Shown: positions 8,862 to 17,024 of the stretch, in pieces
How the letters are laid out: every line of letters begins with the position of its first letter
Position numbering within the stretch: position 1 is the first letter of the stretch
Source: Patescibacteria group bacterium
GTDB taxonomy: Bacteria > Patescibacteriota > Microgenomatia > Woykebacterales > 2-01-FULL-43-14
Assembly: GCA_023485445.1 (NCBI GenBank)
Contig: JAMCZT010000003.1
Coordinates: 1-49,339, forward strand
Direction of reading: 5' to 3'
Length of the DNA stretch: 49,339 nucleotides
Translations under genes and position numbers: made by a program
Notes under the pieces: generated by a model
The model's input: the letters and a program-made list of their open reading frames with translations, nothing else
What the model was told of the DNA's origin: nothing
Databases searched by the model: none

Positions 8862-10210
8862 AAAGACAAATCGCTTTGATTAGCGAACACGCCTCTCCGA
8901 TTGCGGTTCTTGGAGGGGAAGACTTTGGTGGCCAAAACGTCTATGTGAATAAGTTGAGTTTGGAGTTAGCTCGGTTAGGCTTTGAAGTTGACGTTTTTAC
9001 TCGCCGGGTCAGCGCGGAAGAGCCCGAGATTTTTAGCTGGGTTAAGGGAATTAGGATTATTAACCTCAAAGCTGGTCCATTGATTACCCTCAAAAAAGAT
9101 TTTCTTCTGCCTTACATGAGCGATTTTTTAAGCAGCTTCCTAAACTTTTACCAAAAGGAGAAGATTTCTTATGACCTCATCCACGCCAATTTTTGGATGT
9201 CAGGATTGGTCGCTGTGGAAATAAAAAAGATTTTGGGCATTCCTTTCGTGGTTACTTTTCACGCTTTAGGGAAAATCAAGAAGTTGTACCAAAAAGAAGC
9301 GGATACGTCGCCAAAGGAAAGAGTTTCGATCGAATACTTGGTCATGAAAGAAGCGGACAAGATTATTGCCGAATGTCCTCAAGATAAAGAAGATCTCATC
9401 AATCTGTATGGGGCTCAAGACGAAAAGATCGAAGTTATCCCGGCGGGAGTGGATATCAAAACTTTTTACCCCCTTTCTAAAGTTTGGGCCCGACGGAAAT
9501 TGGGTTTGGATTTGCAAGAAAAAATTATTTTGCAGCTTGGAAGAATGGTGCCGCGAAAAGGGGTCGCCAGTGTTATCTCAGCGATGGCTCAGTTAACCAG
9601 GCAAAAAGATTTTCCCGTGCGGTTAGTCGTAGTTGGCGGGGAAAGCGACAAGCCCGACCCGAAGAGGACGCCTGAAATAGGTCGTTTGACCGAGTTAGCA
9701 AAATCTTTAGGGTTAGAGGAAAATGTGACTTTTATCGGACGGCGCCACGGGGCGGAGCTTCGCCAGTATTATTGCGCTTCCGACGTTTTCGTTTCTACTC
9801 CCTGGTATGAGCCATTCGGGTTGACTGTTCTTGAAGCGATGGCCTGTGGCAAGCCAGTGATTGGCTCAGAAGTCGGAGGAATAAAGTTTACGGTTAAAAA
9901 TAACGTCACTGGTTTTTTAGTTCCTCCCGAGGAGCCTTTTATTTTAGCTGAGAAGCTGACCACTCTTTTAACAAATGAAAATTTACAAGAAAGGTTTTCT
10001 AAAAACGCCTTAAAAAATGTTTACCGAAGGTTTACCTGGCCGACAGTAGCCTTGATGATGGCCTCTGTTTACGAAAAGATAATTCGGCAAATTGAGGTTG
10101 TGACTAAAAAAGAAGACCCAGGTGCTTTTAATTGGTCAACAGTTTACTTCTCTTCAGGCAGAAGGAAGAGTGCAAGCCCTGGAGTTTTAGAAGGAGGAAA
10201 AGATGACTGA
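8858..10210 (+). CDS. GT4 glycosyltransferase (sucrose-phosphate-synthase / MshA-like)
   Basis: N-terminal ISEHASPIAVLGGEDFGGQNVYV. C-terminal EPFGLTVLEAMACGKPVIGSEVGG...VTGFLV. ATGA overlap with the upstream gene. Confidence 0.8.
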   Translation: MKRQIALISEHASPIAVLGGEDFGGQNVYVNKLSLELARLGFEVDVFTRRVSAEEPEIFSWVKGIRIINLKAGPLITLKKDFLLPYMSDFLSSFLNFYQKEKISYDLIHANFWMSGLVAVEIKKILGIPFVVTFHALGKIKKLYQKEADTSPKERVSIEYLVMKEADKIIAECPQDKEDLINLYGAQDEKIEVIPAGVDIKTFYPLSKVWARRKLGLDLQEKIILQLGRMVPRKGVASVISAMAQLTRQKDFPVRLVVVGGESDKPDPKRTPEIGRLTELAKSLGLEENVTFIGRRHGAELRQYYCASDVFVSTPWYEPFGLTVLEAMACGKPVIGSEVGGIKFTVKNNVTGFLVPPEEPFILAEKLTTLLTNENLQERFSKNALKNVYRRFTWPTVALMMASVYEKIIRQIEVVTKKEDPGAFNWSTVYFSSGRRKSASPGVLEGGKDD

Positions 10211-10925
10211 CTTGAAAGATAAAGTTGCCTTGGTGACGGGAGGAGCCAGGGGTTTGGGAAAAGCCACATCTTGGGCTTTGGCCAAAGCGGGAGCGATCGT
10301 GGTTTTAGTGGACATTTTAGATGAACTGGACCAAACGGTAACAGGTTTGAAGCAAGCGGGACTTAAGGCAAGAGGAATCATAGCAGACGTTACCGAGGAA
10401 GAACAAATCAAAAAGGCGGTTGCCGAAGTCGATAGCGATTTTGGCCGGGTTGATATCTTAATAAATAACGCTGGGACTGATTTTACCCTTCCCTTAACTG
10501 AAATGGAAACGAGGAATTGGGATAAGGTTATGGGGGTAAACTTGAGAGCCCCCTTTATTTTTACCAAGGAAGTTTTCCCGCTAATGAAGAAACAAAATTC
10601 GGGCCACATCGTCAACATTACTTCTACCGCAGCAAAACGGGCTTGGGCCAACGCTTCAGCCTACCACGCTAGCAAATGGGGATTGCTTGGTTTTACCCAC
10701 GCTCTAGGGGTGGAAGGGCGGCCGTACCACATCAAAGCCACGGCAATCGTGACCGGGGGGATGAAGACTCCTTTTTTGCTGGACCGCTTTCCGGATATTG
10801 ACGTCTCTACTTTGCAAGACCCTAAAAACGTCGCCCACACGATAGTTCACGTTTTATCCTTGCCCGTGGAAACCGCAATTAATGAACTTTTGATCTGCCC
10901 AATCAACGAGACCTCTTGGCCTTAG
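10203..10925 (+). CDS. Short-chain dehydrogenase/reductase (SDR)
   Basis: TGGARGLG cofactor motif, NNAG, and catalytic YHASK. Confidence 0.85.
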   Translation: MTDLKDKVALVTGGARGLGKATSWALAKAGAIVVLVDILDELDQTVTGLKQAGLKARGIIADVTEEEQIKKAVAEVDSDFGRVDILINNAGTDFTLPLTEMETRNWDKVMGVNLRAPFIFTKEVFPLMKKQNSGHIVNITSTAAKRAWANASAYHASKWGLLGFTHALGVEGRPYHIKATAIVTGGMKTPFLLDRFPDIDVSTLQDPKNVAHTIVHVLSLPVETAINELLICPINETSWP

Positions 10926-11485
10926 GAGGAAAACCGACGGAAAAGGCAGTTTTTTTAGATAAAGACGGAACGTTAGTGGAAAACATTCCATATAACGTCG
11001 ACCTAAATAAAGTCAAAGTACCCGATTCTACCCGGGAAGCTTTAAGAGCTTTAAAAGGTTTGGGATTTAAGCTAATTGTGGTTTCTAACCAGGGCGGAAT
11101 CGCCTTGGGGTATTTTACCATCCAGGAAATGGAGAAGGTCCGTGAGTGGTTTATGGAAAAATTGAAAAGTTTAGATGACTTTTATTTTTGTCCCCATAAG
11201 ACTTCTGGAAAAGTGAAGAAATTTGTCAAAGATTGCGCTTGTCGAAAACCAAAACCTGGAATGATTTTGGAAGCGAGAGAAAAATATCAACTCGACCTAA
11301 AGAATTCATGGGTGATAGGGGACGTTTTAGACGATGTGGAAGCGGGAAAGAGAGCGGGTTGCCGGACTATTTTTCTTGATGCGGGAAACGAAAGAGAGTG
11401 GAGGAAAGGGAAATTTCGCCAGCCGGATTATAAGGCAAAAAATCTAACCAAAGCCGTAGAGATAATTTCAAACTTTAGGAGGTAG
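10916..11485 (+). CDS. gmhB: HAD-IIIA phosphatase, D-glycero-D-manno-heptose-1,7-bisphosphate phosphatase-like
   Basis: FLDKDGTLV (motif I), Zn-finger-like CPH...CACRKPKPGM, and GDVLDDVEAGKRAGC (motif III). The start codon is uncertain (TTG 10916; no in-frame ATG before motif I). Confidence 0.7.
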   Translation: MALGGKPTEKAVFLDKDGTLVENIPYNVDLNKVKVPDSTREALRALKGLGFKLIVVSNQGGIALGYFTIQEMEKVREWFMEKLKSLDDFYFCPHKTSGKVKKFVKDCACRKPKPGMILEAREKYQLDLKNSWVIGDVLDDVEAGKRAGCRTIFLDAGNEREWRKGKFRQPDYKAKNLTKAVEIISNFRR

Positions 11486-11931
11486 TGATGTTAGAAAAAA
11501 GATCTTTATCCTTGAAGGAAGCGGAAATTTTGATTGAGGCGGCTATGGATAATAAGTTAGTTTCGGTGAAAACGCCGGTGGCTGTGGCCGTAGTCGATGA
11601 ATCAGGAAGCTTAATTATGTTTAGCCGAATGGATGGCGTTAACGGGATTGGGACAACCCTTTCCCAAAATAAGGCTTATACCGCCGCTTTGTTCGGTTTG
11701 GAAACGGAAGGAATTGAAGAAAGGTTAGCCAAGGCAAAACTTTCCTTGCTTCAGTTTACCAACAAACGTTTTACGTCCGTTGGTGGTGGCTACCCGATCA
11801 AAGATCAGAATGGGCAGGTTATCGGGGCGTTGGGGGTAAGTGGAATGGTTAATCCTTCGGACGACCGCAAGGTGGCAAAAATTGCTGCATCTTTGATGAT
11901 GGGTACCGGGTTAGACCAAGGAGACGTATAA
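11485..11931 (+). CDS. GlcG/HbpS-like (DUF336) heme-degrading/binding family protein
   Basis: Characteristic GGGYPI...G.VIGALGVSG motif. GTG 11485 or ATG 11488 behind AGGAGG. Confidence 0.7.
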   Translation: MMLEKRSLSLKEAEILIEAAMDNKLVSVKTPVAVAVVDESGSLIMFSRMDGVNGIGTTLSQNKAYTAALFGLETEGIEERLAKAKLSLLQFTNKRFTSVGGGYPIKDQNGQVIGALGVSGMVNPSDDRKVAKIAASLMMGTGLDQGDV

Positions 11932-13011
11932 GTGGAAATAGCTAAAGCGATTGATAATTTCAGGAAATTGAAGGTCTTGGTGATCGGGGAAGCGATCCTG
12001 GATGGTTATTTTGACGGGCGGGCGATTCGGCTTTGCCGAGAAGCGCCCGTGCCGGTGGTGAACGTGGATAAGAAAAACTTTGTCCCCGGCGGGGCGGCCA
12101 ACACGGCGGTAAATTTAGCTAACCTAGGGGCGGAAACGACTCTGATATCTGTTACTGGCAACGACCAAGAGGAAAAAATTTTAAATGATTTACTTCTTTC
12201 CCTCGGAGTTTCCGTTAACCTTTTGGCAAGCGAAAAAAGGAAAACTTTAAATAAAGCCAGAATTTTGGCGGATGAGGTTTGCGTGGTGAGGGTGGATGAA
12301 GGCTCGATTGAGGATATTAATTTCAGCTTAGAGGAAAAACTTACGGCCAAAATCGTCGAAATTTTCCCCTCGGTAGATGTTGTGGTAATTTCTGACTATG
12401 ATTATGGAATCTTGACTAAGAGAGTTTTAGGCAAGCTAAAAAATTTACAAAAAAGATACCCAAAACTGATTGTGGTTGACGCCAAGAAATTATCTAAATA
12501 TAAAGAATTAGAAATAGAGGCAGTGACGCCAAGTTATTCTGAATTAGCAAAATTACTGTTCTTCGAAGAGACAGAGCAGATGGTTGATCGGGTTGCCCAA
12601 GTTAAGAAGTATGGAAGGCAGCTCTTTTATCATTTAAAGACAAAGCAAGCTTTGGTAACCATAGATTCTGATGGGGTGATTGCCCTAACTCAAGGAGAAG
12701 AACCTCGCCGGATCGAGGCGGAAAGAGTCGATCATCCACAAGTGGTTGGGGCGGGAGATACCTTTACAGCCGCCCTTGCTCTGAGCCTAGGGGTTGGTTT
12801 GGACTTGGCATCAGCCGCAAAATTAGCGTCAACATCAGCCTCGATTGTGATCAAAAAGCAAGGGACTTCATTTGTTACTGCAGAAGAACTATTGGCAAAA
12901 TTGGGAACGAAGAAAGAAAAACTGACGGTTTTGAAAGCGATTAAAAAGTTTGAACTGGCTAAGGAGGTGCTTTATGGGCGTTCACGAACACAGCGGTTGG
13001 CGGGAAGTTAA
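11932..13011 (+). CDS. hldA: PfkB-family sugar kinase resembling the RfaE/HldE kinase domain (D-beta-D-heptose 7-phosphate kinase)
   Basis: VLVIGEAILDGYFDGRAIRLCREAPVPVVNV...GGAANTAVNLANLGA matches the HldE domain I N-terminus. GAGDTF anion hole. No adenylyltransferase domain is attached. Confidence 0.7.
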   Translation: MEIAKAIDNFRKLKVLVIGEAILDGYFDGRAIRLCREAPVPVVNVDKKNFVPGGAANTAVNLANLGAETTLISVTGNDQEEKILNDLLLSLGVSVNLLASEKRKTLNKARILADEVCVVRVDEGSIEDINFSLEEKLTAKIVEIFPSVDVVVISDYDYGILTKRVLGKLKNLQKRYPKLIVVDAKKLSKYKELEIEAVTPSYSELAKLLFFEETEQMVDRVAQVKKYGRQLFYHLKTKQALVTIDSDGVIALTQGEEPRRIEAERVDHPQVVGAGDTFTAALALSLGVGLDLASAAKLASTSASIVIKKQGTSFVTAEELLAKLGTKKEKLTVLKAIKKFELAKEVLYGRSRTQRLAGS

Positions 13012-14053
13012 AAATCTTCTTTGCCTGCGTTTAGATAGCCTGGGTGACGTTTTGATGACCACCCCAGCAATCCATGCCCTTAGACAGGGACTGCCAGAGG
13101 CAAAAATAACTCTTTTAACTTCTCCCTCCGGCTTATCTGCCGTGGAATACAACCCTGATCTTGATGGGATTTGGGCATACCAAGCCCCCTGGATCAAGTG
13201 GCCAAATGTAGTTGAAGACCCAAACCGGGAATTGCAGCTGATTGAAGAGTTAAGAAATCATCACTTCGACGCAGCAGTTATCTTTACCGTTTATAGCCAA
13301 AGCCCCTTGCCGGCGGCCCTGATGTGTTACCTGGGGGATATTCCAAAACGTTTGGCCTACTGCCATGAAAACCCTTACTTGCTCCTGACCGACTGGGTAA
13401 AAGATAAAGAACCGAAAGAGTTCGTAATGCATGAAGTGCAAAGGCAACTGAATTTAGTTTCTTCTATTGGGTTTGGGACTCAAGACGTTGGTTTGGTCTT
13501 TGAGGTTCAAGAGGAATTCAAAAAATCAGCTCGACAGAAGTTGAGCCGACTAAAATTGGATTTAAAAAAACCCTGGGTAGTGATCCATCCAGGTTGCACG
13601 GCTCCGTCTCGGACTTACCCCTGGGAAAAATATGCCCAGGTGGCAGATGGCTTGATTGATAGGTTTGGTTGGCAAGTAGTCTTTACAGGCAAGAAAGACG
13701 AGGATGGTTTAGTAAACAAAATTCAGAGCCAGATGCAAAACAAGAGTTTTTCTTTGTCGGGAAAACTAAACATCCAGGAGTTAGCGGAGGTGCTGCGTTT
13801 AACCCAGCTTTATATCGGTAACAATACTGGTCCGTCACATCTGGCGGCGGCTATGAAAACTCCTACGGTAGTCCTTTATGCTTTGATCAATAACCAGCAT
13901 ACTCCTTGGGGGAATGACTCAAAAATTCTTAACCACGAGGTTCCTTGTAAAAATTGCCTGAAGAGCCTTTGCCCTCTTGGGCACAATGATTGTCTTCAAA
14001 AAGTTGATCCAGAAGAGGTGATAAACGCTGCAGAGGCCTTGGCTAATGACTAA
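12974..14053 (+). CDS. Glycosyltransferase family 9 (RfaF-like heptosyltransferase), paralog 3
   Basis: ORF 12950..14053. I prefer the ATG at 12974 behind AAGGAGGTG. LCLRLDSLGDVLMTTPAIHALR, GNNTGPSHLAAAMKTPTVVLY, and CKNCLKSLCPLGHNDCLQKVDPEEV (RfaF-type C-terminus). Confidence 0.85.
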   Translation: MGVHEHSGWREVKNLLCLRLDSLGDVLMTTPAIHALRQGLPEAKITLLTSPSGLSAVEYNPDLDGIWAYQAPWIKWPNVVEDPNRELQLIEELRNHHFDAAVIFTVYSQSPLPAALMCYLGDIPKRLAYCHENPYLLLTDWVKDKEPKEFVMHEVQRQLNLVSSIGFGTQDVGLVFEVQEEFKKSARQKLSRLKLDLKKPWVVIHPGCTAPSRTYPWEKYAQVADGLIDRFGWQVVFTGKKDEDGLVNKIQSQMQNKSFSLSGKLNIQELAEVLRLTQLYIGNNTGPSHLAAAMKTPTVVLYALINNQHTPWGNDSKILNHEVPCKNCLKSLCPLGHNDCLQKVDPEEVINAAEALAND

Positions 14054-14849
14054 ATTAGACATTCTTATTCCCACTTTCAGCCGAAAAACTTCCCTTGCAG
14101 TTACCTTAACTTCTTTAGTCGGCCAAACCTTTCAAGATTTTGATTTAGTCATTTCTGACCAGACTAAAGAAAGAGGTTACTTAAACGACATGGAATTTCA
14201 AACTTTATTCCGTTTCTTTAAATCTAAGGGAAAGCAGGTAAAAGTTTTCAAACACTTTCCTTCTAAAGGAATGGCCGAGCAAAGGGATTTTTTACTGTCC
14301 CAGGCCGCCTCGCCTTACGTTTTATATCTTGACGATGACTTGATTTTGGAGCCGAAAGTCATCGCTCGAATGCATCGAGCGTTGAAACAGGAAAAATGCG
14401 GTTTTGTCGGTTGCGCCCCGGTTGGCTTAAGCCACTTAGACGACGTCCGTCTAAGGGAGCAAGCGGTGGAATTTTGGACAAGAAAAGTCTCCCCGGAGAT
14501 TATTGATCCGGATTCCCCTGTTTGGCAAAGGCACAAGCTCCATAATGCTGCGAATCTTTACCACCTCCAACAAAGTTTTCCCTCCCAAAAGGTTAGGAGG
14601 TATAAAATCGCTTGGATTGGAGCTTGCGTTATGTATGATCGGGAAAAGTTGGTTGATGTTGGAGGTTTTTCCTTTTGGCCAAAGCTTCCTTCTGAACATG
14701 CAGGGGAAGAGGTTTATGTCCAAAATTTACTTTTGCGCAAATATGGGGGATGCGGGATTATTCCGTCAGAGGTTTATCATTTAGAGCTACCTACGACAGT
14801 GAAAAACCGTCAAACAAATGCGATTAGCCTTTTATCCGCTGGAGTTTAG
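14046..14849 (+). CDS. GT2-family glycosyltransferase
   Basis: ILIPTFSRKTSLAVTLTSLVGQTFQDFDLVISDQ, plus the YLDDD (DxD) motif. Confidence 0.8.
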   Translation: MTKLDILIPTFSRKTSLAVTLTSLVGQTFQDFDLVISDQTKERGYLNDMEFQTLFRFFKSKGKQVKVFKHFPSKGMAEQRDFLLSQAASPYVLYLDDDLILEPKVIARMHRALKQEKCGFVGCAPVGLSHLDDVRLREQAVEFWTRKVSPEIIDPDSPVWQRHKLHNAANLYHLQQSFPSQKVRRYKIAWIGACVMYDREKLVDVGGFSFWPKLPSEHAGEEVYVQNLLLRKYGGCGIIPSEVYHLELPTTVKNRQTNAISLLSAGV

Positions 14850-14938
14850 CGAAAGACTGGGGGGTCGGGTCTTTCTTGCCTTTCCTTTTCATCCTTGTCA
14901 TACTTCGATCATAATAATAAGGAGGAGGTGACGAACGA

Positions 14939-15121
14939 ATGCCTAAAGTGATGACTAAGGCAAAAGGAAAGATGACGATGGCTGAAGCAGGGCAAAAAGG
15001 TGGCCGAAAAGTGAAACGGGAACGTGGAATGGCTTACTATTCAGAAATCGGCCGAAAGGGAAGTAAAGCGCGCTGGGGGACGACAACCGCTAAGAAATTA
15101 GCCGTTAAAAAGAAAAAATAG
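14939..15121 (+). CDS. KGG-repeat general stress protein (YciG/GsiB-like)
   Basis: 60 aa, very basic, with AGQKGGRK...IGRKGSKARWG repeats. RBS GGAGGAGGTG. Confidence 0.65.
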   Translation: MPKVMTKAKGKMTMAEAGQKGGRKVKRERGMAYYSEIGRKGSKARWGTTTAKKLAVKKKK

Positions 15122-15137
15122 CGTTTAAGAAATTAAA

Positions 15138-15187
15138 AAGAAGATCGACCGTGAAGGATAACCTGCCTGCGGCCGATCTTCTTTTTG
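15138..15187 (+). terminator. Intrinsic terminator of the KGG gene
   Basis: AAGAAGATCGACC / GGCCGATCTTCTT stem (one mismatch) followed by TTTTT. Confidence 0.75.
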
Positions 15188-15497
15188 GCTTGAAAAAAAT
15201 TTATTCTGTTAGTTTTTAACTACTTTTATTCAGGACAAGACGAAGAAACCTGTCGGATAGCTCGAAGAGAGCTTGCTTGCGGTTTCATTGAAGAGGCTGA
15301 ATTAGAGCCAACAATAGGCTGGTTAAATTAGTTCTCTACTTATTGAAACTCATGGAATTAAACAATGTCTTTATCTATAAGAGTTTCCTCCAGAGCCTCG
15401 AAACTTCTAGAGAGGTTGCTTGTTTCTGTCTGGCTGAAGAGCGCATGGTTCCGGAGGGAACAAGGACAATCCACTAGCCCCAGAGCTGGCCTTTTGC

Positions 15498-15532
15498 AAA
15501 ACGACCTTACTCCCTTAAGGTCGTTTTCTTTT
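15498..15532. terminator. Strong intrinsic terminator inside an ORF-poor gap (bidirectional shape)
   Basis: Perfect 12-bp stem AAAACGACCTTA (15498..15509) / TAAGGTCGTTTT (15516..15527) with a 6-nt loop and a U-run after it. An A-run before it gives a U-run on the other strand. Confidence 0.75.
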
Positions 15533-15587
15533 GTAGATTTGACATCTAGGGAAGAATGAATGATACAGTGTTGTGTAAGCTGCAATA

Positions 15588-15596
15588 TGATATAAT
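15588..15596 (+). promoter_or_regulatory. Extended -10 element (TGATATAAT) for the 15645 gene
   Basis: TG-a-TATAAT, 49 nt upstream of the TTG start. No good -35. Confidence 0.45.
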
Positions 15597-15644
15597 GTTT
15601 GCAAAAATCGAGGAGAAGAAGATGAGTTGTAGGAGGGAGAGAAA

Positions 15645-16079
15645 TTGAATTCGAGGGACTTCTTTTTATGCTTTAGATTTACCATAGTACTTCTGTACCT
15701 AACATTCACGGGAGCTTTGTTATGCTGGCTTTTTGAGATCCCTTGGATGTGGGTTTTTCTTAAGGCTCTTCTTCCCCTGGCGGCTGGGGCTCTTGTGTTT
15801 CTGATTTTAGAAATCACTTTTCTAAACTTAGAAAATACAAGGGAGAAAGAAAGGCTTTTTAATCAGCAGGAAGAGTCCTTTAGGGAGATACTAAAGAGAG
15901 GGAATCCGGACGAGCTACGAGTGATGATCGATACTTGTTATCAGGCTGCTTTGACTGCCGCATCTTTAGGTGATGAAGAAAGTTGTAATAGGTATATGCT
16001 TTGGCGGAAGGATTGTTCGGAAAAGCTTCGGGGGAATGCGAATCAGCAGAGGCCGAAAGTCGTAGAACCGACTCACTAA
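15645..16079 (+). CDS. Hypothetical membrane protein
   Basis: TTG start behind GGAGGGAGAG. Two or three N-terminal TM helices and a soluble C-terminal tail. Confidence 0.5.
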   Translation: MNSRDFFLCFRFTIVLLYLTFTGALLCWLFEIPWMWVFLKALLPLAAGALVFLILEITFLNLENTREKERLFNQQEESFREILKRGNPDELRVMIDTCYQAALTAASLGDEESCNRYMLWRKDCSEKLRGNANQQRPKVVEPTH

Positions 16080-16099
16080 CTGGGTCGGTTTTATTTTTT
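16066..16099 (+). terminator. Intrinsic terminator
   Basis: AACCGAC (16066..16072) / GTCGGTT (16084..16090), then TTATTTTTT. The stop codon sits in the loop. Confidence 0.7.
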
Positions 16100-16165
16100 G
16101 AAGGCGACTTGGTATAATGTGGGCCTCGGAAGAGAGGTTACGCGTTTACATAAAGGAGAGCCTGA

Positions 16166-16525
16166 ATGATCAACCTAGCAGGATTAAAAGAGAGTATTAA
16201 CAGAAAGGTTAAAGTTGTTGTTTGCGATGTTATCGATGGTAGCTTTCGATCTGTTGAGGGTGTCTTAAAGAGCGTAGAAAACCAAAAAGGAGTTAGTCTG
16301 AAAAAGGGCCAGGAAATCCCCTTTGTTTCTCCGGAAATCCTCATTAAACTAATCGTAGGGGAAGATGGGAATCTTCTTTACCACAACCCAAACTTCTTAG
16401 TGTGGGAAGAAGATAAAAAGGAAGGAAAAATACCGCGGGGGTCAGAAAAACACGTACCCGTTATGAAAGGCCGTCATTTAACAGAGGTGGAGTTAAGTTT
16501 CTTACGGAATAAATCCTTTGAGTAA
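16166..16525 (+). CDS. Small hypothetical protein, tandem paralog A
   Basis: RBS AAAGGAGAG. Preceded by TGGTATAAT (16110..16118). Shares a KV.V...EG.L..V....PF..P.I.IK...G....Y.NP core with the next ORF. Confidence 0.55.
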   Translation: MINLAGLKESINRKVKVVVCDVIDGSFRSVEGVLKSVENQKGVSLKKGQEIPFVSPEILIKLIVGEDGNLLYHNPNFLVWEEDKKEGKIPRGSEKHVPVMKGRHLTEVELSFLRNKSFE

Positions 16526-16539
16526 AGAGGGGATAGAAA

Positions 16540-16941
16540 TTGGGAGATGTTTGTCAAAACTTGGAAGAATTTGAGATAAGTTGTACAATTACAAAAAACG
16601 GAAGGGGAGAAGAAAGCTTGGATAAAACGAATGGCATGGGGGATCTGCAAAAGAATGTCGGAAATAAGGTAATAGTGTGGTATGCAGAAAAAGGCGAGAT
16701 CAATCTAACAGAGGGAATTCTCCGAAGGGTTGACGATTTCCGTAGTATTGTGATCGACTACTCCATCTTTCCTTTCATCGGGCCCACTATAGCTATTAAG
16801 ATGGTTACTGGGGTGAATCGCGAGGTTATCTATTACAACCCCATTATTCCGCTGGATTGTTACCTAAATGATGACGCGGTACATCAGATGAGAGTAAAGA
16901 CATTTGGAGAGGAAATTGCTCAAATGATCCTTAACGGATGA
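16540..16941 (+). CDS. Small hypothetical protein, tandem paralog B
   Basis: TTG start behind AGAGGGGA. Same conserved core as 16166..16525. Confidence 0.5.
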   Translation: MGDVCQNLEEFEISCTITKNGRGEESLDKTNGMGDLQKNVGNKVIVWYAEKGEINLTEGILRRVDDFRSIVIDYSIFPFIGPTIAIKMVTGVNREVIYYNPIIPLDCYLNDDAVHQMRVKTFGEEIAQMILNG

Positions 16942-16976
16942 AAGTGAAGGAAACCTAATATTTTTTTGCTCGGGTC

Positions 16977-17015
16977 AAACCGATTTGTCTAAGGGCAGGT
17001 CGGTTTCTCTTTTTT
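16977..17015 (+). terminator. Intrinsic terminator between convergent genes
   Basis: AAACCGA / TCGGTTT stem with a 16-nt loop, followed by CTCTTTTTT. Confidence 0.55.
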
Positions 17016-17024
17016 GTTTTAGGT

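Noticed and set aside
15446-15470. SRP (4.5S) RNA-like motif: GGTTCC-GGAG-GGAAC, a 4-bp stem closed by a GNAR tetraloop resembling SRP helix 8
   Set aside because: The flanking sequence lacks the conserved AGCA/symmetric-loop nucleotides. The 5' and 3' flanks cannot form the long hairpin required of a 4.5S RNA; they carry direct similarity (CCAGAGC) rather than inverted similarity.
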